Below, piece by piece: positions 39,908 through 49,735 of a DNA stretch of 64,000 bases. A model generated the notes under the pieces. The model made no database searches and had not been told where the DNA came from. It saw nothing but the letters and a program-made list of their open reading frames with translations. Source of the stretch: an uncultured Bacteroidota bacterium (GTDB taxonomy: Bacteria; Bacteroidota; Bacteroidia; UKL13-3); contig CAINMV010000023.1 of NCBI GenBank assembly GCA_903850915.1, positions 51,769 to 115,768 on the forward strand, read 5' to 3'. Numbering within the stretch: the first letter of the stretch is position 1; each line of letters opens with the position of its first letter. The translations under genes were made by a program, and so were the position numbers.

Positions 39908-39988
39908 AAAAAGAAAATCAAATATTCCAAAATTACTTAAATTTGTGTATTACTAGAATAATAATCGAACAACTATGTTCTATAATAT

Positions 39989-42900
39989 ATGACATCAAAA
40001 ACTTATCTTCTATTTTTTTTGTTTGGTTTGGCTTCAATAATAAGTTTTGGCCAACCACCAGCTGGGGCCTTAGCGGCAAATCCAAATATTATTTATTACG
40101 CTGGAGGAAGTTGCATCTTCTATGACATAAATAACAACCAATTACTATCGGTAGATGCCGTTGAAGCTGGTTGGTCAGCAACACCTGCAAAAGCTGCTTG
40201 GGTGGTTGTAACACCTAACAATGCAGGCTATTTCGAGTTTCCAAATTATTCTTCAAATATTCCTACATGCAATAATATTCAATATTTAGAGCCATTTTGG
40301 AAGTCAGATACAATATATAATGAATTGATATTGTTGACTGGTATTAACTCAACAGCGAAACTAATGTTTTACCCAACAAAAATAATATCTATCACAAATT
40401 ACGACTTTTCAAAAACATATATTGAGAACACAGATTATACAATAAGTGGAAAAACTGTAACTCAAAAATCAGCTCAAGTTTCATCAACTTTTATTCAAAA
40501 ATCAGGAGTCAAGGGAAATGGTCAATCAAATGGACTAATGAATACTGTGGCAACATCTTGGGTTTGTGTTACGTATATCGCAAATCGAAATGATTGGGTC
40601 GGTAATTCAATATTTAAAAACAAAAGCAATTTATTGCCTAAATCATATGCCAAACTAAAAAACAAATTACCGATTGTTATCGAAGCCTATGGAATGAGCA
40701 TTACTGCAGGACTTAATGTTAGTGGATTTGCAGGTGATGATAAAAACTTTACGCCAACGAAACCTTACATGCATAGCTACATAGATTTACTTGGCGTAGG
40801 ACTACACAACAAATTTGGAGGTTCGGTTAACATAATAAATGGATCGTGTGGAGGCAAAAATGCAGCGTGGATTAACCAATACTGTACAAGCATGGTGGTT
40901 CCGAATATACCAGATTTAGTGATTCTGGATATGGGGATGAACGACATTTGGGGCACCTCGAATGATTCATTTAGAGTTAGGATGCAATCGTGTATTAATA
41001 AAATAAAATCTTCAAATCCAAACACTGAATTTATTTTAATTGGCAACATGCTTCCTGATATCAATTCGCAGGGGGCACCTTCGAATGGAGAAAATTTAAT
41101 GTATGGCTTTTTACAACAATTGAAATCGTTAGAATCGAATGGCATTGCCGTTTTCGATATGACGACGATGTCAGATTCAATTTACAAAAGAAAAGGCGCT
41201 ATTCATTGCACATCGAATGCTCTTCATCCAAATGATTATTTAGCACGTTGGTATGCGCAAGGTCTAATACAAATTTTCGATGATTCAATTCCGAATAATG
41301 TGCGCCATACCTATTACGTTAATAATACTGGAAATAATAGCGATGGACTTTCCAAGTCTACAGCCTGGACTTCAATAGACAAAATAAATGCAACAAATTT
41401 CAATCCTGGTGATAGTATATTATTTGAAGGTGGACTAAGCTTCTCTGGAAATATTGAGCTTGACAATTTGGATGGCAATGACGAAAAAAACCCTTTAGTA
41501 TTTAGCACCTATGGCATCGGCAATTCAAAAATATCTACCAAAGTAAACAACAAATGTGGATTTAAAGCTACAAATTCGCAAGGCATTCATATCATTAATT
41601 TAATATTTCAAGGACCCGGAAATGGAACTTTAAAGGATATTGATGGCATTTCGTTTTATACCACGAACTTAACGGGATATCTATCAAACATATTAATCAA
41701 AAACGTGGAAGTAAGTGCCTTTGGATATTGTGGTATTCGATTTTACTCCAACTGGTCAGCAATAACTAAGGGAGGATTTAGCGATGTCATAATAGATAGC
41801 TGCATCGTTCATGATTGTAGGGAAAATGGCATCGTGACTTTTGGATATGATGACCAGAGTTCAAATTTCTATCAACACAAAAAATTTAAAATATCAAACA
41901 CACAAGTTTTTAATATCACAGGATATTCAGCATCTTCCCATAAAGGCAGTGGCATCGTATTATCTCAAATAGATTCTTCGATAATTGAAAAATGTGTTGC
42001 CTATAATAATGGAACAGGTAATTCAGCATGTGGTGGTCCAGGTGGAATTTGGGTTTATTCTGCCAATCATATTACTATTCAAAACTGCGAGTCACACCAC
42101 AATTCTTCAGGAGTAGCATCAGGTTGTGATGGATTAGGATTTGATTTAGATGGTGGTGTTACAAATTCGACATTACAATATTGCTATTCTCATGATAATG
42201 ATGGAGCCGGAATTCTATTAGGTAATTTTGCTGGAGCAAGACCTTGGGGCAATAACACAGTTAGGTATAACCTCAGTGTAAACGATGCAAGAACTAACAA
42301 CAGCGCTGTTACATTATTTACTGCTACAAATACCGCTTGGAACGGACTTCAATTTTACAACAATACTATCTATGTAACACCCTCCATTAAGAACAAAACA
42401 CCCGAATTTGGAGCATTTCAAATGACGAACTTCGGATTGAGTATGAATGGAGTTGAGTGCTATAACAATATTTTCCAAACGATTGGTGGCTTACCTTTAA
42501 TAACAGTTCCTACCGTCTTCACCTCTCAGAATCCTAAATTTATAGGAAACTTATATTTCAGTTCCGGTCAATTATTTTCGATTACCTATGGCTATAAATA
42601 TGGTACTTTATCGGACTTTAGATCCGCTGGGATTTATTGTGAGAAAAACGGATCCATTAATACAGGATTAGATTCTAACCCTCAACTTATTAATGCTAAC
42701 AGATCTCCACTAACTGTATTTCCATTACCCATTGACTCTTTGAATGCATTTAAAATACCAGCAAATTCCTTAGCCAAAGATGCAGGTTTAGATTTAAAAA
42801 CCTGCTTTGGGATTGACCCTGGTGTGAGGGACCTATGGAATAATTCTCTTCCTAGAGGATTTTTTTTTGATATTGGAGCCTTTGAATTTCCAGTTCAAAT

Positions 42901-43189
42901 CAACGGACTTTCAAATTCGAATTCACTAAATTCTAAGATTTCCATTTATCCAAATCCTTCAAATAGTGATAATATTATATTAGATTTTGGAAATAAGATT
43001 GAAGAATCGGTTGCAGTGGAAATGAAAAACTCTGCTGGACAAGATATTTTTCGCAAAGAATTTTCTACATTTAATTATTCAAATAATAAAATACTAATTC
43101 CAGTTCATGGACTGCCGAACGGTATTTATTTAATAAAAGTGTATAATGGTATTTTTATATACTATTCTAAGCTTGTCATTAACCGATAA
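39989..43189 (+). CDS. Multimodular T9SS cargo: SGNH-like esterase + right-handed beta-helix + CTD
   Basis: YGMSIT, GMND, HPND; then YYVNNTGNNSDG..AW, PGDSILF and N/G-rich coils; CTD IYPNP. Confidence 0.8.
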   Translation: MTSKTYLLFFLFGLASIISFGQPPAGALAANPNIIYYAGGSCIFYDINNNQLLSVDAVEAGWSATPAKAAWVVVTPNNAGYFEFPNYSSNIPTCNNIQYLEPFWKSDTIYNELILLTGINSTAKLMFYPTKIISITNYDFSKTYIENTDYTISGKTVTQKSAQVSSTFIQKSGVKGNGQSNGLMNTVATSWVCVTYIANRNDWVGNSIFKNKSNLLPKSYAKLKNKLPIVIEAYGMSITAGLNVSGFAGDDKNFTPTKPYMHSYIDLLGVGLHNKFGGSVNIINGSCGGKNAAWINQYCTSMVVPNIPDLVILDMGMNDIWGTSNDSFRVRMQSCINKIKSSNPNTEFILIGNMLPDINSQGAPSNGENLMYGFLQQLKSLESNGIAVFDMTTMSDSIYKRKGAIHCTSNALHPNDYLARWYAQGLIQIFDDSIPNNVRHTYYVNNTGNNSDGLSKSTAWTSIDKINATNFNPGDSILFEGGLSFSGNIELDNLDGNDEKNPLVFSTYGIGNSKISTKVNNKCGFKATNSQGIHIINLIFQGPGNGTLKDIDGISFYTTNLTGYLSNILIKNVEVSAFGYCGIRFYSNWSAITKGGFSDVIIDSCIVHDCRENGIVTFGYDDQSSNFYQHKKFKISNTQVFNITGYSASSHKGSGIVLSQIDSSIIEKCVAYNNGTGNSACGGPGGIWVYSANHITIQNCESHHNSSGVASGCDGLGFDLDGGVTNSTLQYCYSHDNDGAGILLGNFAGARPWGNNTVRYNLSVNDARTNNSAVTLFTATNTAWNGLQFYNNTIYVTPSIKNKTPEFGAFQMTNFGLSMNGVECYNNIFQTIGGLPLITVPTVFTSQNPKFIGNLYFSSGQLFSITYGYKYGTLSDFRSAGIYCEKNGSINTGLDSNPQLINANRSPLTVFPLPIDSLNAFKIPANSLAKDAGLDLKTCFGIDPGVRDLWNNSLPRGFFFDIGAFEFPVQINGLSNSNSLNSKISIYPNPSNSDNIILDFGNKIEESVAVEMKNSAGQDIFRKEFSTFNYSNNKILIPVHGLPNGIYLIKVYNGIFIYYSKLVINR

Positions 43190-43375
43190 AATAGCGAATA
43201 CCCCATTTGTAATTCCCATGCAACTATCAAAAACCATAATTTCTATTAATTCGAAACAAAAACTTGATTATATTTACCAAAACGCTCTTATAAAAGACTT
43301 AATCAGAATGCAGCTTCATAAATCCAAAAACAATCAATTACACCTTACTTCAGTAAATCACCTTCTTGAAAACGA

Positions 43376-44263
43376 TTAAACAGCCGACCCTGAAGTATGG
43401 GTAGAAAAGGTCCCTTCCAAAGGTTTAATACTCAAAACAGGAATTGGGGAATGATTTACAATTTGTTGTGCAAATGCGCCTAAGAATACACCAGTAATCT
43501 CTGACTCGTGACCAGTATTAATTACCATTAAATCGCAATTGTTTTCTGCAGCATAAGCCAAAGCGGTTTTTGCCATATTACTAGCCACTTTAATTGTTGT
43601 TGTAAACTTCAACTCTTTACCCGCAATTATCCCTTCCACATTTTGTAATTTAATTTTCATTTTTCGTAAATCTTCTTTATCCTTTGAATCCAAAATTCCA
43701 AGTATATGCACATGAGAATTGTAGATTGCAGCCACTACACTTGCAATATTTACTTTTTGACGGCTATATAAAGAATGATCGAAAGGCATTAGAATGTTTT
43801 CAAAGCCTGTAATATTGCTTCTTGTAACCGTAAGAACTGGAATATCGGAAAGTGTTACCACGCGTTGTGCATTACTTCCAATAAATACCTCTTTATAGCC
43901 AGAAACGCCGTGGGTGCCCATCACAATTAGATCAACGTTTTCCGATGTGGCATACGCTCGAATTTCACTTTCAATATTACCCGTCAAAACCACAAGCTCT
44001 GCTCGGCGTTTAAAGGCATGTTGAACTCGAATTTGGATTGCTTCTAATTTCTTTTGAACCTTTTCCTTAATCTCTTCTACTGGTGGAATTAAATGAACCG
44101 ATTCTGGCAAAACAGAGAAATAATAATCGTTATGTTGGATAACATAAAGAAAGGTCAAGTCGCACAAACAACGTTGGGCAATTGCAGCAGCAGTGTCGAT
44201 AGCCAACTCCGAAATTTCTGAGAAATCTACGGGTACAAGTATTTTTTTAATGATGTAGCTCAT
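43376..44263 (-). CDS. Universal stress protein (tandem USP domains)
   Basis: ILVPVDFS, DLIVMGTHG, IGSNAQRVV, PVL twice. Confidence 0.93.
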   Translation of the reverse strand: MSYIIKKILVPVDFSEISELAIDTAAAIAQRCLCDLTFLYVIQHNDYYFSVLPESVHLIPPVEEIKEKVQKKLEAIQIRVQHAFKRRAELVVLTGNIESEIRAYATSENVDLIVMGTHGVSGYKEVFIGSNAQRVVTLSDIPVLTVTRSNITGFENILMPFDHSLYSRQKVNIASVVAAIYNSHVHILGILDSKDKEDLRKMKIKLQNVEGIIAGKELKFTTTIKVASNMAKTALAYAAENNCDLMVINTGHESEITGVFLGAFAQQIVNHSPIPVLSIKPLEGTFSTHTSGSAV

Positions 44264-44355
44264 GGCGCAATTTTTTTAAGATGTGAAAAATGAAATAATC
44301 TATTTCCATTTAATATCTGCGAACAAAATTACGCTAGCATTTAACAAGAAAAACA

Positions 44356-44390
44356 ATTTATTATCATGCAAAAAATGTGATTTTAATCAT
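44356..44390. promoter_or_regulatory. Crp/Fnr-like box upstream of the USP gene
   Basis: TGAT-TTTA-ATCA at 44378-44389, with a second ATCAT half-site offset by 23 nt; -7 element TAATTTTG at 44332-44325. Confidence 0.45.
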
Positions 44391-44421
44391 TTTTCAACAG
44401 TTAAAGCATTGGCATTTTGCT

Positions 44422-46230
44422 TTAACCTATCATTATATGCGTATCGGGATAAGTGAAACTTGTCTCTTCCTTTTTAACACTTAATGCATAAACAAAAGAA
44501 AGTACCCCTACCCTTCCAATAAACATACTTACCATTAAGATGCTTTTAGAGGCATCAGTTAAATTGGGTGTTATACCCATACTAAATCCGACGTTACTGA
44601 AGGCGGAAACTTCTTCAAATAACAAGTCAAAGAAAGGTGTTAAAGGTTCAAAAATTTGCAGTAAAAATACACTTAAAGAAATTACTGTCGTAGCAATAAA
44701 AAATATGGTGAAGGCTTTCAAAATTAGCTGCGCATTCACATTTCGATGGGCAATGGTAACAGACTGGCGATTTCGAATTCCGGAGGTTATTGTTCTAAAA
44801 ATAACAGCAAAAGATGATGTTTTGATCCCTCCTCCTGTGCCTCCAGAAGAAGCTCCAATAAACATAACAACACAAATCACAATCAAGGTAGGATAAGTTG
44901 CATGTGCAAAATCAACAGTAGAAAAGCCACCAGTTCGAGCATTTATTAATTGAAAAACTGCGGTGATGGAGCCTTCCATACCTTTTTGATTTCGCAATAA
45001 ATTATTCGCTTCCAAAACATAAAATATAATGCTTCCAAAAAACACAATAGCCAACCCCGTGTTTAAAGCAATTTGGGTTGATACTTTCCATTTCTTCCAA
45101 GGTAAAGCAGCGCGCATCCTTAAGTTACGAATTGAGAAAATATCACGAATAGCTGGAAACCCTAAGGAGCCAAAAAACACAATCGCGGCCATACCTAAAT
45201 GAACAATGTACATGCTACTCACCGCCGGATTTCTAAAGTTATCAGGAAATAAGCTGAAGCTCGCGTTACAGAATCCACTAATAGCATGAAATACTGCATA
45301 ATAAATATGTTGCGCAGAGGAGGTCCATGGTACTTTTTGCCACAATAGGTAAAGCATGATAGCTGCAAGTATCTCAATTAGAATGGTAACAAAAACAATT
45401 TGTCGCCATTGAAATGATGATCCTTCAACACTTTCATTATCAAAAACTGTTTTTAACACCGACTGATGCTTTAAACTCATGCCCTTACGTATAAAGGAGG
45501 CAAAAAAGGTGGCAAAAGAAATAATACCAATGCCCCCAAGCTGAATAAGGGCTAATATAACAAGTTGGCCTCGGGTATTAAAAAAAATACCAATATTCTG
45601 CACTTGCAAGCCACAAACACAACTTGCACTTACACTCGTAAAAAGAGAATCGAGGTAATTAAGCATAACTCCTCCACGGTTCATTCCCGGTAGCATTAAC
45701 AAAACGCTACCCATTAAAATCATAAGTAAATAAACGGTAATAAATAAAGTAGCAGGGCGTAATTTAACGTTACTGAAAGTACGACTAATGCCCTTGATAA
45801 GTTCTTTAGCAACTAAAAACAATAAATATAGCTGAATTAATGCTGTATAGAAACTTATAAAATGTGGCAATTGGATTTGATTAAAAAAATGTTCTAATAA
45901 GGCAAATCCAAAAAGCCATTGATTCACAATATCATATAACATGATACTTAATAGTATGGCTTCAACCCAAGTGCTATTTATAAATTTCGTTCTGTTAACA
46001 TTGAAAAACAAACGAAAAATATAATTAAGAATAAATACCAAGAAAATAGAACGATTTAGGTCGATAAGCCATGCTTTTTCTTCAGCCGTATGTATAAACC
46101 CATGGTAATAAACAAAGGTGCTAATGCTTAAAATTGAAACAATGAAAATTAGAAATCGCAACAATGAGAGTACCGGCTTGCGAAACCGATAAATAAATAA
46201 CTTAAGTAGCGATGGTTTTGATTTGGCCAA
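44422..46230 (-). CDS. trkH: TrkH/KtrB cation transporter with N-terminal membrane extension
   Basis: Four pore loops SASCVCGL, FCNASF, RTGGF, FSNVGFS; MFIGASSGGTGGGIK; MFIGRVG. Confidence 0.9.
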   Translation of the reverse strand: MAKSKPSLLKLFIYRFRKPVLSLLRFLIFIVSILSISTFVYYHGFIHTAEEKAWLIDLNRSIFLVFILNYIFRLFFNVNRTKFINSTWVEAILLSIMLYDIVNQWLFGFALLEHFFNQIQLPHFISFYTALIQLYLLFLVAKELIKGISRTFSNVKLRPATLFITVYLLMILMGSVLLMLPGMNRGGVMLNYLDSLFTSVSASCVCGLQVQNIGIFFNTRGQLVILALIQLGGIGIISFATFFASFIRKGMSLKHQSVLKTVFDNESVEGSSFQWRQIVFVTILIEILAAIMLYLLWQKVPWTSSAQHIYYAVFHAISGFCNASFSLFPDNFRNPAVSSMYIVHLGMAAIVFFGSLGFPAIRDIFSIRNLRMRAALPWKKWKVSTQIALNTGLAIVFFGSIIFYVLEANNLLRNQKGMEGSITAVFQLINARTGGFSTVDFAHATYPTLIVICVVMFIGASSGGTGGGIKTSSFAVIFRTITSGIRNRQSVTIAHRNVNAQLILKAFTIFFIATTVISLSVFLLQIFEPLTPFFDLLFEEVSAFSNVGFSMGITPNLTDASKSILMVSMFIGRVGVLSFVYALSVKKEETSFTYPDTHIMIG

Positions 46231-46259
46231 TAGCGATTTATCTTTTAAGCCTAATTAAC

Positions 46260-46802
46260 CTAATTAATATGCAGGGTACTATCAATTTTACCTTCTTTCT
46301 GGAATTTCTTTATCCATTCTTCAGCACTTTTACCAAGGTTGCCCTCCAAAATACTTTTTACAGACTCGGTGTATTCTCCAGCAGGATATTTAGCAATGTA
46401 TAAAGAATAATACTCCTTAGCTTTTATGGTATCATTCTTATTGTTTTCATAAATGTTTGCTATTAAAAACATTCCAGCTTCCACCTCTTTCGCATCAGGA
46501 TAAGCATTAATCAATTTATTCAATTTTAATATCGCTTGATCTAAATACTGCCCTTCTTGCGTTCCTCTAGAGTAAGTGCTCTGCGCTGCACTTAATAAGT
46601 ATCGAGGAGCTAGTGAATCTTTGGGAAACTTTGTAACAAAAGATTCATATAAAACATTCAAACTATCCAAATACTGAGGATTGTACTCATCACCATTTTT
46701 CTCCATACGTTGTATTTCAACTATAAGTTTGTTGCGATTGCCAGAAGTACAACAAACAATAATAAAAATTGATAGTGCTAGGGTAAAATATAATTTTTTC
46801 AT
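46260..46802 (-). CDS. TPR-like lipoprotein
   Basis: Cys after a hydrophobic leader; repeated FVTKFP, LINAYP and YIAKYP helical-hairpin pattern. Confidence 0.75.
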   Translation of the reverse strand: MKKLYFTLALSIFIIVCCTSGNRNKLIVEIQRMEKNGDEYNPQYLDSLNVLYESFVTKFPKDSLAPRYLLSAAQSTYSRGTQEGQYLDQAILKLNKLINAYPDAKEVEAGMFLIANIYENNKNDTIKAKEYYSLYIAKYPAGEYTESVKSILEGNLGKSAEEWIKKFQKEGKIDSTLHIN

Positions 46803-46990
46803 TTGGTATGCGAATATAAGATTTTATGAATAATGACGGTGAATTACAACACAAAGGTTTATATAATATTGGTTTAAAATAAAAATTCATGGTGTTTGAA
46901 AACGTAATATCGTCTCCCTTATTTAAAATGATTAAAAATAATATAGAATTGAGCTACATTTTCATTTCCTTTGTAACTCCCTTTTTAAAA

Positions 46991-47407
46991 ATGATAATCT
47001 CTGCTTGCCGAAAGGCACATTTTAATGCCGCACATCGACTTTTTAATCGCAATTGGAGCGATGAAAAGAACAACGCTGTTTTTGGGCTTTGTGCCAACCC
47101 CAATTACCATGGTCATAATTATGAGCTTATTGTAAAGCTTACAGGAGAGCCTGATCCGGAAAGTGGGTACTTATTTGACCTTAAAATCTTAAAGGAAATT
47201 ATTCAAGATGAAATTGAGAATCGTTTTGATCACAAAAACCTCAATTTAGATACGCAAGAATTTAAAGAATTAATCCCAACAGCAGAGAATATATGTATCA
47301 TAATTTGGGATATCCTTAGAAAAAAAATCGACCCAAAACTTAAGCTACACGTCACACTTTATGAAACACCAAACAACTACGTAGAATATGAAGGAAACAA
47401 TGGATAA
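46991..47407 (+). CDS. ptpS: 6-pyruvoyl-tetrahydropterin synthase (PTPS/QueD family, CX5HGH type)
   Basis: FNAAHRL, CANPNYHGHNY, FDHKNLN, PTAEN, LYET. Confidence 0.9.
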   Translation: MIISACRKAHFNAAHRLFNRNWSDEKNNAVFGLCANPNYHGHNYELIVKLTGEPDPESGYLFDLKILKEIIQDEIENRFDHKNLNLDTQEFKELIPTAENICIIIWDILRKKIDPKLKLHVTLYETPNNYVEYEGNNG

Positions 47408-48053
47408 AAAAATTGACGAAATCGGAGACATGCATATAAGCACAAGCACCGATACACCAATGCGTTTGGATGCCTTTCTTTTGGATGATGCGCTAAAAAT
47501 CGAACTTATTGAGAAGCATTTTAGAGAGATTATGATTATTTTAGGACTCGATTTAAATGACGATAGCCTAACAGGAACGCCGCGTCGGGTTGCTAAAATG
47601 TATGTTGAAGAGATTTTCAAAGGCCTAAATCCAAAAAACAGGCCTGATTCGAAACTCTTCGAAAATAAATATAATTATGGCCAAATGTTAGTGGAGAAAA
47701 ACATTACTTTTTATAGTAACTGTGAGCATCATTTTGTGCCAATTTGGGGTGTTGCCCATGTTGCCTATATCGCTAATGGGCATGTAATTGGACTCTCTAA
47801 AATAAACCGAATAGTGCAATTTGTAGCCGCTCGCCCACAGGTTCAGGAACGGATGACAATGCAAATATTAAGAGAATTAAAAGAGGCGCTGAAAACAGAA
47901 GATATTGCAGTGGTTATCGATGCGCATCATCATTGTGTCTCTTCGCGTGGCATTCGCGACATTCAAAGCAGTACCATCACCTCGGAATTCAGCGGTAAAT
48001 TTAAGGACGATGAAAAATATCGGAATGAATTTTTCACGTATATCGCGAAGTAA
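47400..48053 (+). CDS. folE: GTP cyclohydrolase I
   Basis: TPRRVAKM, CEHHFVP, GLSK, RPQVQER, CVSSRG. Alternative start 47388. Confidence 0.96.
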   Translation: MDKKIDEIGDMHISTSTDTPMRLDAFLLDDALKIELIEKHFREIMIILGLDLNDDSLTGTPRRVAKMYVEEIFKGLNPKNRPDSKLFENKYNYGQMLVEKNITFYSNCEHHFVPIWGVAHVAYIANGHVIGLSKINRIVQFVAARPQVQERMTMQILRELKEALKTEDIAVVIDAHHHCVSSRGIRDIQSSTITSEFSGKFKDDEKYRNEFFTYIAK

Positions 48054-48076
48054 TTTGAATGCTAAAATAAACACAA

Positions 48077-48931
48077 ATGCTGCGAATCGTTCGACCTCAG
48101 AATTTAGCATTATTAGGTTTGATTCAGTGCTTTGTATTGGCTAGAACAGGAGATTATAATTTTCTTTTTTATGACATTCACAAAACCTTAGCATTACTCG
48201 CATCAACATCGCTCATTGCTGCAGCTGGTTATATTATCAATGATTATTTTGATTTAAAAATTGATCTAATAAATAAACCCCATCGGGTTTTTATTGGGCA
48301 AAATTTACCTCGACGATGGGCCATGACACTTCATCTAGTATTGACAATTATAGGATTGACGCTTGCGTGGCAGGTGAACCTACTAACTTTTGGAATCTCA
48401 TTTCTCTGTTCAATATTACTTTACCTTTATTCTGCAACGCTCAAACGGAAGTTTTTAATCGGAAACCTAGCAATTGCAATTTTAGCCGCACTGAGCGTTT
48501 ATATTTGTCAAGCAGGCGTCGGATTGCTTAATATAAATCTAGTGCTATCCTATTCCTTTTTTGCTGGTTTCACCACATTCTTGCGTGAAATTGTGAAGGA
48601 TATAGAAGATGAAGAAGGTGATGCAATTTTTCATAGCCACTCTTTAGCCATTGAATATGGCTTACAAAAAACCAAAAAAGTACTTATTTTGTCTACTTCG
48701 CTATTATTTCTAATATTAATCCTCTATGTAATTTGGCAAGTAGAGAATACTGAATCTACCAATCTCCTTTTTAATACTTATATTATACTGCTACTTGCTG
48801 GTGTGGGATTGCCTTTATTGGTTTTTATGGTGAAATTAAGAAACGCGAAACAACAAGATGAATTTGCTCAATTAAGCAGACTATTAAAAGTTATTATGTT
48901 GATAGGTGTCTTTTCCATACTATTCTGTTAG
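48077..48931 (+). CDS. UbiA-family prenyltransferase (DGGGP-synthase-like)
   Basis: INDYFDLKIDLINKP and REIVKDIEDEEGD Asp-rich motifs; multiple TM segments. Confidence 0.88.
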   Translation: MLRIVRPQNLALLGLIQCFVLARTGDYNFLFYDIHKTLALLASTSLIAAAGYIINDYFDLKIDLINKPHRVFIGQNLPRRWAMTLHLVLTIIGLTLAWQVNLLTFGISFLCSILLYLYSATLKRKFLIGNLAIAILAALSVYICQAGVGLLNINLVLSYSFFAGFTTFLREIVKDIEDEEGDAIFHSHSLAIEYGLQKTKKVLILSTSLLFLILILYVIWQVENTESTNLLFNTYIILLLAGVGLPLLVFMVKLRNAKQQDEFAQLSRLLKVIMLIGVFSILFC

Positions 48932-48950
48932 TTATATTTGCCTAACAAAT

Positions 48951-49535
48951 ATGATAATATTAGCATCAAAGTCTCCACGAAGAAAGCAACTGCTTATTGA
49001 AAGTGGCTTAGAATTTATTGTAAAACATTACGAAGTAGATGAGTCATTCCCAGATTCACTCAAAAAACAGGATGTGGCGCTTTATTTAAGCCGTAAAAAA
49101 GCAGAAGCATATACCGAACCTCTTCATGATGTAGTCTTAATTTGTGCGGATACAATTGTTAGTATTGAGAATGCCATTTTAAACAAACCACAAGATTTCG
49201 ATGAAGCATACGCAATGCTAAAGCAACTTTCAGGCAAAATGCATGAAGTCTATACTGGCATCACGCTTCGCCGCGACAACGACTACCACAGCTTTTACGA
49301 GTGTACGGAAGTTTATTTTAAAGAACTTTCCAATGATGAAATTGAACAGTATATTAAACACTTTAGTCCATACGATAAAGCTGGAGGCTACGGCATCCAA
49401 GAGTGGATTGGTTATATTGGAGTAGAAAAAGTAGTTGGATGCTATTACAATGTAATGGGAATGCCCGTTGCTCGACTTTACAAAGAGCTCCTCGAATTTC
49501 ATCCTAAAATAACAAAATCGATTATCTTTAGATAA
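48951..49535 (+). CDS. maf: Maf nucleotide pyrophosphatase
   Basis: ILASKSPRR, ADTIV, DKAGGYGIQ, NVMGMP; own TATATTTG at 48933-48940. Confidence 0.94.
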   Translation: MIILASKSPRRKQLLIESGLEFIVKHYEVDESFPDSLKKQDVALYLSRKKAEAYTEPLHDVVLICADTIVSIENAILNKPQDFDEAYAMLKQLSGKMHEVYTGITLRRDNDYHSFYECTEVYFKELSNDEIEQYIKHFSPYDKAGGYGIQEWIGYIGVEKVVGCYYNVMGMPVARLYKELLEFHPKITKSIIFR

Positions 49536-49569
49536 CAAAAAAAGACTTCTTTTTGAAGTCACCAAATTG

Positions 49570-49613
49570 CTGACTAAAGTCAGTTTTTTTACTGACGAAA
49601 GTCAGTTTTTTTA
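49570..49613. repeat. 22-bp tandem repeat of CTGAC-NAAA-GTCAG-T7-A
   Basis: Copies start at 49570 and 49592. Either tandem operators or tandem mini-terminators. Confidence 0.85.
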
Positions 49614-49646
49614 ACCCGTTTTTAACAGTTTTCACGTAATGTAAAA

Positions 49647-49702
49647 GTACTGTCATAATCTTTATTGACAGCACTTTCATGGTTTTTGTAAGCATACATT
49701 TG
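49647..49702 (+). promoter_or_regulatory. Inverted repeat plus -7 element of the HmuY/TonB operon
   Basis: GTACTGTCA-N10-TGACAGCAC (one mismatch); TACATTTG at 49695-49702. Confidence 0.55.
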
Positions 49703-49735
49703 CTGCACAAAATGAACATTAGAAACAACCCAATC

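Noticed and set aside
43146-43379. 77-aa ORF between the beta-helix protein and the USP gene
   Set aside because: Overlaps both neighbours, is AT-rich and has no motif.
49570-49613. CRISPR-like repeat
   Set aside because: Two abutting 22-bp copies with no spacers and no cas genes.
49675-49690. Possible sigma-54 promoter (TTCATGGTTTTTGTA)
   Set aside because: Lacks the invariant GG at -24, and a TAnnTTTG element lies right next to it.
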